From contig JAUSJT010000004.1 of assembly GCA_030647485.1 (NCBI GenBank), positions 173,088 through 237,087 of the forward strand: DNA of 64,000 bases, written 5' to 3'. This document shows positions 1-8,510 of the stretch, one piece after another. The stretch's first letter is position 1; each line of letters opens with the position of its first letter. The position numbers were made by a program, and so were the translations under genes. The stretch is from a bacterium. Lineage in GTDB: Bacteria; Patescibacteriota; Minisyncoccia; Minisyncoccales; UBA10102. Under the pieces are notes generated by a model. It was not told the origin of the DNA and ran no database searches. It saw nothing but the letters and a program-made list of their open reading frames with translations.

Positions 1-465
1 GCTTCCCCTTCTTTAGTGGAGGACGTTATGGTTGACGTATCCGGGCAGGCGATGTCGCTCAAACAACTGGCTGGCATCTCATGCCCCGAACGAAGGCAAA
101 TCCTCATTCAGCCATGGGACAAATCATACCTAGAGCCCATTGAGAAGGCTTTATTCAAGGCCCAGTTGGGCGTAACTCCAATAGTGGATAAAGATACGGT
201 GCGGGTTTCCCTTCCTTCCCTGACGCAAGAGTATAGGCAAGATCTTATAAAGATGCTGAACCAAAAAACAGAGCAGGCAAAGCAGGTTATGCGAAAGTGG
301 AGAGAAGAAGCATGGAGCAATATTCAAGGTAAAGCCAAAGATGGAACCATACGGGAAGACGAGAAGTTCCGGGGGAAAGACGAGCTTCAAAAGCTTATAG
401 ACGAGTATCATGCCAAAGTCGACCAGCTTTCAGAAAGAAAAGAGAAAGAGATAGAGTTTGACTAA
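1..465 (+). CDS. frr: ribosome recycling factor (5' end cut by window edge)
   Basis: Frame is open from base 1. RRF-like sequence (ISCPERRQILIQPWDKS, TVRVSLPSLTQEYRQDLIK, coiled C-terminus). Confidence 0.85.
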   Translation, partial: ASPSLVEDVMVDVSGQAMSLKQLAGISCPERRQILIQPWDKSYLEPIEKALFKAQLGVTPIVDKDTVRVSLPSLTQEYRQDLIKMLNQKTEQAKQVMRKWREEAWSNIQGKAKDGTIREDEKFRGKDELQKLIDEYHAKVDQLSERKEKEIEFD

Positions 466-1525
466 TATGCTGTTTCTTATAGCGTTTTTTAGTTTGATAG
501 GTCTGGTTGTGCTCCATGAGTTAGGGCATTTTCTTGCCGCAAAGAAGTTTGGCGTAAGAGTAGAGGAGTTTGGCATTGGCCTGCCCCCTAGGATTTTTGG
601 GAAGAAGATAGGGGAAACTTTGTATTCTCTAAATCTTTTGCCTTTGGGGGCTTTTGTAAGACTCACCGGTGAGGAAGGGCAAAGCTCTGACCCTCGCAGC
701 TTTGGATCAAAATCCTTGCTGTCTCGTGCCATTATTATAGGGGCTGGCGTGATTGCGTTTTGGATCATCTCTTTTTTTATCTTTGCCGGATTGGCATTGA
801 CTACGGGAATTCCTGCAGGCGTTTCTGACGAGACTACAGAGGGCGTGCTTAATCCTCACGTGAGAGTTTTAGGTATAGCTCCAGGATCTCCGGCCAAAGA
901 AGCGGGGTTGCAAGCCGGAGATACGGTGCAAGATTTTGAAAAAGTAGGGGAGTTTCAATCTTTTATAAACCAGCACAAAGGAGAAGAAATTGTCTTGTCT
1001 ATTGTGCGCGCAGGTCAGAATCTCTCCATACCTGTTACTCCAAGACTAGAACCGCCGGCAGGAGAGGGACCCCTTGGCATACAGTTAGTGCGTACAGGGA
1101 ATATGCAATACCCTTGGTATGAGGCTCCTGTCGTCGCTTTCCAGAAGACCGCAGAGATAACCAGAGATATTGTACAAGGTTTACTAGGAACTTTGGCAGG
1201 AGTATTTAGCGGCAAGGGTCTGCCCGAAGGAGTTGGGGTTGTAGGGCCCATAGGTATTGTGGATCTTTTGCGCAACTCCTTTGCCTTTGGCATCAGCCAC
1301 TTCCTTTCTTTCTTAGCAACGCTTTCTATATACCTTGCCATATTCAACGCCCTTCCCATTCCTGCCGTAGACGGAGGAAGACTGTTCTTTTTGGGCATTG
1401 AGGCAGTACGAAAAAAGCCCATGGGAACGAATATAGAGCAGCGCATTAATGGCGTATTCTTTATGCTCTTGATTACCTTCATGATTTGGGTCACCATAAA
1501 GGATATTACGCGGTTATTCTTCTAG
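458..1525 (+). CDS. rseP: M50 site-2 zinc metalloprotease (RseP family)
   Basis: HELGHF motif in first TM helix, PDZ-like segment (GIAPGSPAKEAGLQAGD), C-terminal NALPIPAVDGG motif. Confidence 0.85.
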   Translation: MTNMLFLIAFFSLIGLVVLHELGHFLAAKKFGVRVEEFGIGLPPRIFGKKIGETLYSLNLLPLGAFVRLTGEEGQSSDPRSFGSKSLLSRAIIIGAGVIAFWIISFFIFAGLALTTGIPAGVSDETTEGVLNPHVRVLGIAPGSPAKEAGLQAGDTVQDFEKVGEFQSFINQHKGEEIVLSIVRAGQNLSIPVTPRLEPPAGEGPLGIQLVRTGNMQYPWYEAPVVAFQKTAEITRDIVQGLLGTLAGVFSGKGLPEGVGVVGPIGIVDLLRNSFAFGISHFLSFLATLSIYLAIFNALPIPAVDGGRLFFLGIEAVRKKPMGTNIEQRINGVFFMLLITFMIWVTIKDITRLFF

Positions 1526-1526
1526 T

Positions 1527-2768
1527 ATGCGCCAGTCACAGCTGTTCACAAAAACCCTCAAAGACGCTCCTCGAGACGAGGAAAGCACCAACGCTAAGCT
1601 CTTGATACGAGCTGGCTTTGTGCACAAGGAAATGGCGGGCGTATATACCTTTTTGCCTCTGGGGTTGAGGGTTTTAAAGAATATAGAGAATATTATCCGC
1701 GAGGAAATGAACAGGGCTGGAGGCCAGGAGCTGTTTATGCCTGCCTTGCATCCCAAGGAAAACTGGAAGCAGACAGGAAGATGGGATTCTTTAGATACTC
1801 TGTTCCGTTTCACTTCTTACTACACTAAGCAAGAGTATGCGCTAGGAGCCACTCATGAGGAAATTGTGGTTCCCCTTGCCAAAACACTCATTTCTTCGTA
1901 TCGGGATCTGCCCCAGTACGTGTACCAGATTCAAAACAAGTTCCGAGATGAAAAGCGCGCAAAGTCGGGAATCCTGCGCTCTCGGGAATTTCTCATGAAA
2001 GATCTGTATTCTTTCCATAAAGATGAGGCAGACTTGGACGCGTATTATGAAACAATGAAGGACTCCTACAAAAGGATTTTTGAAAGAGCAGGCATTGGAC
2101 ACGTTACCCACCTTACATTCGCTTCAGGGGGGACATTCTCAAAATATTCCCATGAGTTTCAAACGATAACCCAGGCAGGGGAAGATACTATATATCTGTG
2201 TGAGAAATGCGGAGTTGCGGTGAATGAGGAGATCATAAAAGACCAGCCTGTATGCCCTGAATGCCAGAACAAGAATCTCAAGCAGGAAAAAGCGGTAGAA
2301 GTGGGGAATATCTTTAAACTAGGCACCAAGTATTCAGAGCCCTTTCGTCTTACCTATAAAGACGAGAAGGGGAAGGAGAATCTTGTGGTTATGGGATGCT
2401 ATGGCATAGGATTAAACAGGCTTATGGGAGTTGTTGCGGAGGTATTCCATGACGAAAAAGGGATTCTGTGGCCAAAAGTTCTAGCTCCTGCTCTTGTGCA
2501 CCTTTTGTCCCTCGCAGGAGGGGAGCAGCAGGCTGACGAACTGTACAAAGATTTTCAAAATAAAGGTATTGAGGCGTTGTATGACGACCGGCGCGATTCC
2601 AGTCCAGGGGAGAAATTCACGGACGCAGATCTTATCGGTATTCCTTTGAGGATTGTGGTGAGCGCAAAGACGTATTCTGAAGGGAAGGTAGGGGTAAAGA
2701 AAAGGAATGAAAAGCAAGAACGCCTGATTGATGAGAAAGAGATCATGGAATGTATTCAATCTCTATGA
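1527..2768 (+). CDS. proS: prolyl-tRNA synthetase, short form without INS editing domain
   Basis: ProRS-type N-terminus (MRQSQLFTKTLKD..AKLLIRAGF) and class II core. Only 413 aa, with a small CxxC..CxxC insert (CEKCG..CPEC). Confidence 0.9.
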   Translation: MRQSQLFTKTLKDAPRDEESTNAKLLIRAGFVHKEMAGVYTFLPLGLRVLKNIENIIREEMNRAGGQELFMPALHPKENWKQTGRWDSLDTLFRFTSYYTKQEYALGATHEEIVVPLAKTLISSYRDLPQYVYQIQNKFRDEKRAKSGILRSREFLMKDLYSFHKDEADLDAYYETMKDSYKRIFERAGIGHVTHLTFASGGTFSKYSHEFQTITQAGEDTIYLCEKCGVAVNEEIIKDQPVCPECQNKNLKQEKAVEVGNIFKLGTKYSEPFRLTYKDEKGKENLVVMGCYGIGLNRLMGVVAEVFHDEKGILWPKVLAPALVHLLSLAGGEQQADELYKDFQNKGIEALYDDRRDSSPGEKFTDADLIGIPLRIVVSAKTYSEGKVGVKKRNEKQERLIDEKEIMECIQSL

Positions 2769-3826
2769 AAAACATATTCAGAAAAGCTCTCTCGTTCCTT
2801 GGCCAGGATATTGCAATTGATCTTGGTACCGCAAACTCGGAGGTGTATGTTCGCGGCAGGGGTATTGTTATCCAGGAACCTTCGGTGGTTGCGGTGAATC
2901 AAAGAACGGGGCAAATCCTAGCCATTGGAGCTGAAGCAAAAAAAATGGTTGGCCGCACGCCTGCCCATATTGTTGCCACAAGACCCTTGAGAAAAGGCGT
3001 TATTTCCGATTTTGAGGTTACCGAACAAATGCTTCGGTATTTTATTGAGAAAGCGACAAGAAGAAGGTTCTTGTTTAGTCCAGGGCCTCGCGTGATTGTT
3101 GGGATTCCCTTTGGAGTCACCGAGGTAGAAAAGAAAGCGGTGCGCGATGCTACGTTAAACGCAGGAGCCAGAGAGGTCTTTCTTATTGAAGAACCCATGG
3201 CAGCTGCCATAGGGGCCAGGCTACAGGTGCAAGAGCCAGGGGGCAACTTTATTGTGGATATAGGAGGAGGAACCGCAGAGGTCGCCATTATTTCTCTGGG
3301 CGGCATTGTATTGGCAAAATCTCTGCGTATTGCAGGGGATAAATTGAATGAGGATATCATCCAATTCGCGCAAGAAGAATTTAAGCTTTTGATAGGAGAG
3401 CGAACCGCAGAAGCCGTTAAGATTGCCATTGGGTCTGCGTATCCTCTGAAAGAAAAAATGGAAACTCCGCTTCGAGGAAGAAATTTGGTTACCGGGCTTC
3501 CCGAAGAGATTATGGTGTCTGATACGGATATTAGAAAGGCAATGGAGCGGTCGGTGCGCCAAATTGTCAACGAAATCAAGGCGACCGTAGAAGAAACTCC
3601 CCCAGAACTGTTGGCAGATATTATGGCAAAGGGTATTCATTTGTCAGGAGGAGGAGCATTGTTGAGAGGGCTTGACGTACTCATTGCGAAAGAAACAAAA
3701 ATCCCAACTATTGCCGTAGAGGATCCCCTCACCGCAGTGGTGCGGGGAGCGGGGCTCGTTTTAGAAAACCTTGATGAATTAGAAGAGGTGCTTGTGGAAA
3801 CAGAGGACTTAGAACCACCGCATTAG
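2765..3826 (+). CDS. mreB: rod-shape protein MreB
   Basis: Actin-fold motifs DLGTANS, VDIGGGTAEVA, HLSGGGALLRGLD. ATG at 2765 overlaps the proS stop (ATGA). Confidence 0.9.
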   Translation: MKNIFRKALSFLGQDIAIDLGTANSEVYVRGRGIVIQEPSVVAVNQRTGQILAIGAEAKKMVGRTPAHIVATRPLRKGVISDFEVTEQMLRYFIEKATRRRFLFSPGPRVIVGIPFGVTEVEKKAVRDATLNAGAREVFLIEEPMAAAIGARLQVQEPGGNFIVDIGGGTAEVAIISLGGIVLAKSLRIAGDKLNEDIIQFAQEEFKLLIGERTAEAVKIAIGSAYPLKEKMETPLRGRNLVTGLPEEIMVSDTDIRKAMERSVRQIVNEIKATVEETPPELLADIMAKGIHLSGGGALLRGLDVLIAKETKIPTIAVEDPLTAVVRGAGLVLENLDELEEVLVETEDLEPPH

Positions 3827-3909
3827 TTTTTACCCCGACCCCCGACTTAAGACACCTTCGGTTTCTTAGGTCGCTAGCGCTCCCATTTTTTCCACCACGG
3901 GCTAAAAAC
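3826..3909 (-). repeat. SR element copy A (structured dispersed repeat)
   Basis: Reverse complement carries CCGTGGTGGAAAAAA .. TAAGAAACCGAAGGTGTCTTAAG .. GGGGGTCGGGG. Flanks GTTTTTA.CCC / GGG.TAAAAAC pair with each other. Confidence 0.7.
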
Positions 3910-3927
3910 ATTTTTCCAAGAAAAATT

Positions 3928-4224
3928 ATGATTACAAAAGAAGAAGTACAACATATCGCGCAATTGGCGCGCATTCGAATAAATGAAAAGGAGGTAGAAA
4001 AACTCCAGCAAGATATTTCCGGAATCCTTGATTATTTTGCCGTGCTCAAAGATGCAGATACGTCAAAAGTTGAAGCGACAACGCATTCAATTATTCTTGA
4101 GAACATATCAAGAGAAGACGTTGCCCATCCGGGAAGCCCTGCGCTTTTACAGAAGCTCGTTGATATGTTCCCGGCTGTACGAGATGGGCTGCTAAGAGTA
4201 AAAGCTATTTTCTCTTCCAGATGA
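3928..4224 (+). CDS. gatC: Asp/Glu-tRNA amidotransferase subunit C
   Basis: 98 aa GatC-like protein (ITKEEVQHIAQLARI). Its stop overlaps the gatA start. Confidence 0.85.
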   Translation: MITKEEVQHIAQLARIRINEKEVEKLQQDISGILDYFAVLKDADTSKVEATTHSIILENISREDVAHPGSPALLQKLVDMFPAVRDGLLRVKAIFSSR

Positions 4225-5633
4225 ACTTAGATCTTTCTATTAAAAACATTGCAGACGGGCTTGTCGGAAAGCTGTTTTCTGCAAAGGAATTAACCAAAGA
4301 GTTTTTGGATGCTGCCAAGAAAAAGGATAAGGATATCCATGCGTTTTTGAATTTTACAGAAGACATTGCTTTGAATCAAGCAGAAAAGATTGACGAGAAA
4401 ATCGCTCAAGGAGAAAAGCTTGGAGCGTTGGCTGGGGTGCCCTGTTCCGTTAAGGACGCAATTTTAGTGGAAGGCGCGCCTTGCACCGCAGGTTCCAAGA
4501 TCTTGGAACGATATGTAGCTCCGTATGACGCTACGGTTGTAAAAAAAATTAAGGAGGCAGGGGCAATCATCATCGGGAAGACAAATATGGATGAGTTTGG
4601 CATGGGCGGCTCCACGGAAAATTCTGCGTTTGGGCCAACAAAGAATCCACATGATCTCACTCGAGTTTCAGGGGGAAGCGGAGGAGGATCAACAGCAAGC
4701 GTTGCGGCGGAAGAATGCGTTATTGGGCTCGGAGAAGATACGGGCGGTTCCATACGTTTGCCCTCGTCCTTTTGCGGAGTTGTGGGACTTAAGCCGACCT
4801 ATGGGGCAGTATCAAGATACGGAGTTATTGCCCTTGCCTCTTCTTTAGATCAGGTGGGGCCAGTTGCAAAGACCGTGGAAGATGCGGAAATCCTATTCAA
4901 CGTCATTCGTGGAAAGGATGAGTTAGATTCAACTTCAGTTGAATACGAAATACAAGATACGAAATACAAGATACAAGATTTACGCATTGGAATTCCTAAA
5001 GAATATTTTAGCAAGGGCCTTGATCCTGACGTAGAGAAGGTGATACGAGATGCCATCAAGAAACTAGAAAACGCAGGGGCAAAGATCCAGGAGATTGAAC
5101 TTCCTCATACCAAGTATGCTCTTGCGGCATACTACATTATCAATACATCAGAGGCGTCTGCGAATCTTGCGAGGTATGATGGGATACGGTATGGATTGTC
5201 TTTGCAAGGAGGTTCTTCTTTATTGGATACGTATCTGGATGCACGGGGAGAAGGACTGGGGCAAGAAGTGAAACGACGCATTATCTTGGGCACCTATGCT
5301 TTATCTGCGGGGTATTATGAGGCATACTATAATAAAGCCCAGAAAGTAAGAACCTTGTTAAAACAGGATTTTGAAAAGGCTTTTGAGAAAGTGGATGTTA
5401 TTGTTGGCCCAGTTAGTCCTTTTCTTCCCTTTACAATAGGGGAGCGTATCACAGATCCCTTGCAGATGTACTTGGTGGATATTTACACGGTTCCCGTGAA
5501 TCTTGCAGGATTGCCTGCGTTATCAGTGCCAGCAGGAAAAGTAGGGAACCTTCCCGTAGGATTGCATATGATAGCTCCTGCGTTTGAGGAACAAAGGCTC
5601 TTTGAGACAGGCAAACTTTTTGAAAAGTTATGA
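4221..5633 (+). CDS. gatA: Asp/Glu-tRNA amidotransferase subunit A
   Basis: Amidase signature (GGSGGGS, EDTGGSIRLPSSFCG). Typical GatA length. Confidence 0.95.
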   Translation: MNLDLSIKNIADGLVGKLFSAKELTKEFLDAAKKKDKDIHAFLNFTEDIALNQAEKIDEKIAQGEKLGALAGVPCSVKDAILVEGAPCTAGSKILERYVAPYDATVVKKIKEAGAIIIGKTNMDEFGMGGSTENSAFGPTKNPHDLTRVSGGSGGGSTASVAAEECVIGLGEDTGGSIRLPSSFCGVVGLKPTYGAVSRYGVIALASSLDQVGPVAKTVEDAEILFNVIRGKDELDSTSVEYEIQDTKYKIQDLRIGIPKEYFSKGLDPDVEKVIRDAIKKLENAGAKIQEIELPHTKYALAAYYIINTSEASANLARYDGIRYGLSLQGGSSLLDTYLDARGEGLGQEVKRRIILGTYALSAGYYEAYYNKAQKVRTLLKQDFEKAFEKVDVIVGPVSPFLPFTIGERITDPLQMYLVDIYTVPVNLAGLPALSVPAGKVGNLPVGLHMIAPAFEEQRLFETGKLFEKL

Positions 5634-6151
5634 TTGACATACAAGAGATAATTGCTCGCGTGACCAACCCTGGCATGATAATGATATTTTTCCCTTGGAG
5701 CATGATCTTGGGAATCATAGGCATTGGCATGCTCGTTTTTATCGTTTGGGTTATTTGGAACTTCAGTTGGAAACAGTTTGTGTTTATGTTTGATGCCACT
5801 GAATTCTTTACCTACCGAGCATACGGGACAGGAGGGCTAACTAATCAATGGAAGAATGTCTTAAGACGCTTGGAGACTCCAAGCGAAGAAGAGTATAAGC
5901 TTGCGGTACTTGAAGCGGACGGTATGCTTGATCAATCGTTAAAGCGTATGGGGTTTGCGGGGGATACTTTGGCTGACCGTTTGCAGAAAGTAAGTGTTGG
6001 GATTATCTCCAATCTTTCCGAAGTTCGCCAAGCGAACGCTATTCGGAACAATATTGTGCATGATCCAAATTATAAGATTACCCTAAGCGAAGCGCGGAGA
6101 ATCATAGAAGTCTACGAGACTGCCTTTGAGGGTCTTGATTTGATCTCTTAG
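5630..6151 (+). CDS. hypothetical membrane protein with C-terminal R-N-x3-H (HEPN/DUF4145-like) motif
   Basis: One or two N-terminal TM helices. C-terminal helical region contains AIRNNIVHD. Start overlaps the gatA stop. Confidence 0.5.
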   Translation: MIDIQEIIARVTNPGMIMIFFPWSMILGIIGIGMLVFIVWVIWNFSWKQFVFMFDATEFFTYRAYGTGGLTNQWKNVLRRLETPSEEEYKLAVLEADGMLDQSLKRMGFAGDTLADRLQKVSVGIISNLSEVRQANAIRNNIVHDPNYKITLSEARRIIEVYETAFEGLDLIS

Positions 6152-6155
6152 TTTG

Positions 6156-6226
6156 TTGCGGGGCCGGGAGTTGAACCCGGATCTAAAGGTTATGGGCCTC
6201 TCATGATACCGATTCACTTCCCCGCG
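6156..6226 (-). tRNA. initiator tRNA-fMet (CAT)
   Basis: Hand-folded cloverleaf. 5' CGCGGGG and 3' CCCCGCAA match the E. coli tRNA-fMet ends, giving the C1:A72 mismatch. Anticodon loop is CCCATAA and T-arm is CCGGG-TTCAACT-CCCGG. Confidence 0.75.
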
Positions 6227-6283
6227 CAACTATTGTATCTTGAAATTTGTTCAATGTAAAGCTATACTTCAGGATGCAGAAAT

Positions 6284-6356
6284 GCCGGGGTAGTTCAGCG
6301 GTTAGAACACCGCCTTCATAAGACGGGAGTCGTGAGTTCGAGTCTCACCCCCGGCA
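6284..6356 (+). tRNA. tRNA-Met (CAT), elongator or Ile2-type
   Basis: Cloverleaf GCCGGGG/CCCCGGC, anticodon loop TTCATAA, T-arm GTGAG-TTCGAGT-CTCAC. Confidence 0.8.
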
Positions 6357-6369
6357 CAAGGCAATTCAT

Positions 6370-6445
6370 GCGGGCGTAGCTCAGCTTGGTTTAAAGCGCC
6401 TCCCTGTCACGGAGGAGATCGTGGGTTCAAATCCCATCGCCCGCG
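6370..6445 (+). tRNA. tRNA-Asp (GTC)
   Basis: Acceptor GCGGGCG/CGCCCGC, anticodon arm CCTCC-CTGTCAC-GGAGG, T-loop TTCAAAT. Confidence 0.9.
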
Positions 6446-6580
6446 CCCTTAAAACTTAATTCCATTAAGTTATTCATACCTTAGACAAACTAAGGATTTT
6501 GTGTTTGACAAATAAAGCAGATCTGTTATCTATAAAGAGGGAAAGAACTTTAACAATGCTTTAGTAAAGGAAGGTGTCGC

Positions 6581-7243
6581 ATGGTAAACTCCCTAAGCAT
6601 TCACGAAAGAGAAATCGGCCTTGATATTTTTGACTCGGGAATGGTGAGTCTCGAAGCAGTCTCTTGGCACGTACATAGAACGCATCCTGAACTGCAATTG
6701 CCGCCAGCCCCCATATTCATTGACTTGGGCGGATTGCCGCAAGAGCTTGTCACTAAAATAGGGGCACTCCTGTGCGCAAAAGCCGTTCAAGCAGCTATGC
6801 GCTTTGACAAGATTGCTGGGGTTCCAACCGGAGGCAATGGCTTTGCAGAAGCATTTTGCACGGCACTTAGGGGTGATAGATCCCTATTGCTAACATTGCA
6901 AAAGACAGGCCAGGGAATTCAAGGTCCAGTTGAAGGATTCCTTGAATTGCGTAACCTTGTCTTACTAGTGGAAGACGTCATTACAACCGGCGAAAGCACG
7001 CTTGAGACGATTGAAGTTCTTGGAGCAGGAGGCTGTATTGTACACAACGTGATGGCTGTCATTGATTACGGGCTAGGGGCAGCCGAACGTCTCAACGCAA
7101 AAGACCTAACCCTTCACTGTATCTTTCCGATTTCACAGTTACTTAGTTTGTGGCTTGATACGGAAAGAATCGCTACAGAGCAATACGATGAGGTAATGGC
7201 ATTTTTTAATACCGTGAGAACAAAACTAATGCCAAGCCTGTAG
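6581..7243 (+). CDS. type I phosphoribosyltransferase (orotate PRTase-like)
   Basis: PRPP-binding loop VLLVEDVITTGEST. About 220 aa. The N-terminal part is divergent. Confidence 0.65.
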   Translation: MVNSLSIHEREIGLDIFDSGMVSLEAVSWHVHRTHPELQLPPAPIFIDLGGLPQELVTKIGALLCAKAVQAAMRFDKIAGVPTGGNGFAEAFCTALRGDRSLLLTLQKTGQGIQGPVEGFLELRNLVLLVEDVITTGESTLETIEVLGAGGCIVHNVMAVIDYGLGAAERLNAKDLTLHCIFPISQLLSLWLDTERIATEQYDEVMAFFNTVRTKLMPSL

Positions 7244-7266
7244 TTGTTCTCTTGCTCGATTTTCTT

Positions 7267-7297
7267 GCCGCTGAACACTCGTTCAGCGGCTTTTTTC
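7267..7297 (+). terminator. rho-independent terminator
   Basis: GCCGCTGAAC-ACTC-GTTCAGCGGC followed by TTTTTT. Confidence 0.8.
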
Positions 7298-7371
7298 TTC
7301 TTTTACCTTCTAAAAACTGGGGATAACTAGGGTTGATTTCTCTTTCATTTTAAGGTAGAATAAGGAGGTAT

Positions 7372-8502
7372 ATGGATATTAAAATAAGCTTGGCAGAGGA
7401 GCAGGAAATAAGAAAATCACTTGAACAAAGAGACGATCCGGAGGCCAAAAGAATGCTTCGGTTTTTGAATATGCCAGACTTGTCGCGCGCGCCCGATAGT
7501 CCGCTTGCCGCAATTATAGAACGGGTAAAAAAGGTGCCCGTGCTGAAAAACTTTGACGACATCAAGATTCCCGATATTGTCTCGACTCATGTTCTTTTTG
7601 ATTTGTTCAATATGCCTCCCGGTCACCCGGCCCGCAGCAAATCAGATTCTTATTATGCAGATGAGGAGCACATTTTGATAACCCACGATACAGTGATGTG
7701 GTATTTCTACCTGAACCATCCCGATGTAAAGAAAAAGATTGAGAACGGTGAAGACCTGGGGGTCATCTGTTACGCCAAAGTCTACCGCAAAGACGAAATA
7801 GACAGAAAGCACATGAACGTTTTTCATCAGTTTGGCGGACTGTATTTGGTGCGCGACGAACAAAAGACCTTAGCCATAGAGGACTTAAAAAGCGCCCTTA
7901 CTGAAATAGCGCAAAGTATTTTCGGCAAAGGCATAAAGATCCGTTTCAACCAGGACAATTTTCCCTATACGGATCCCAGTTTAGAAATGGAGATCGAGAT
8001 AAACGGTCAATGGATTGAGATGCTGGGCTGCGGTATGGCCCGTAAAAGCGTTTTGGCCAACTTCGGTCTTACCGGATACCACGGCTGGGCATTTGGTTTT
8101 GGCCTGGAACGCATGGCCATTGTTAGTATGAACCTTCCTGATATTCGGCTTTTATGGTCAGAAGATCCCCGGGTAAAAAAACAGTTGAAGATCGGGAACT
8201 CCTTTGTTCCGGTGAGCAAGTATCCGTCCATCACCCGGGACATATCTTTTGTCGTCAGCAAGGATTTTATTCCCAATAACTATTTTGATTTGATCCGAGA
8301 CATTGGTAGAGACTTGGTCGAGGAAGTTAAACTCATTGATAAATATGAGGATACGGAAAAGTTTGGTCAAGACAAGATAAGCTATACTTACCGGATCGTA
8401 TACCGAAGCAATGAAAAAACCCTGGTAAGTAAGGAGGTTGATGTGCTCCAGAATGAGATTTACAAGCAAACAGCCGAACAGTTTGGCGCAGAACTTCGTT
8501 AG
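7372..8502 (+). CDS. pheS: phenylalanyl-tRNA synthetase, single-chain type (PheS-like core fused to FDX-ACB-like domain)
   Basis: Class II motif 2 (YRKDEIDRKHMNVFHQFGG) and motif 3 (GWAFGFGLERMAI). The C-terminal ~95 aa (SKYPSITRDISFVV..YRIVYRS..) resemble the anticodon-binding domain normally found at the PheT C-terminus. No pheT is adjacent. Confidence 0.8.
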   Translation: MDIKISLAEEQEIRKSLEQRDDPEAKRMLRFLNMPDLSRAPDSPLAAIIERVKKVPVLKNFDDIKIPDIVSTHVLFDLFNMPPGHPARSKSDSYYADEEHILITHDTVMWYFYLNHPDVKKKIENGEDLGVICYAKVYRKDEIDRKHMNVFHQFGGLYLVRDEQKTLAIEDLKSALTEIAQSIFGKGIKIRFNQDNFPYTDPSLEMEIEINGQWIEMLGCGMARKSVLANFGLTGYHGWAFGFGLERMAIVSMNLPDIRLLWSEDPRVKKQLKIGNSFVPVSKYPSITRDISFVVSKDFIPNNYFDLIRDIGRDLVEEVKLIDKYEDTEKFGQDKISYTYRIVYRSNEKTLVSKEVDVLQNEIYKQTAEQFGAELR

Positions 8503-8510
8503 AAAATATT

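Noticed and set aside
4955-4989. 14-nt tandem duplication (ACGAAATACAAGAT x2 plus ACAAGAT) inside gatA
   Set aside because: The reading frame is maintained and the encoded EYEIQDTKYKIQD lies in a variable region. There is no evidence for phase variation in an essential gene.
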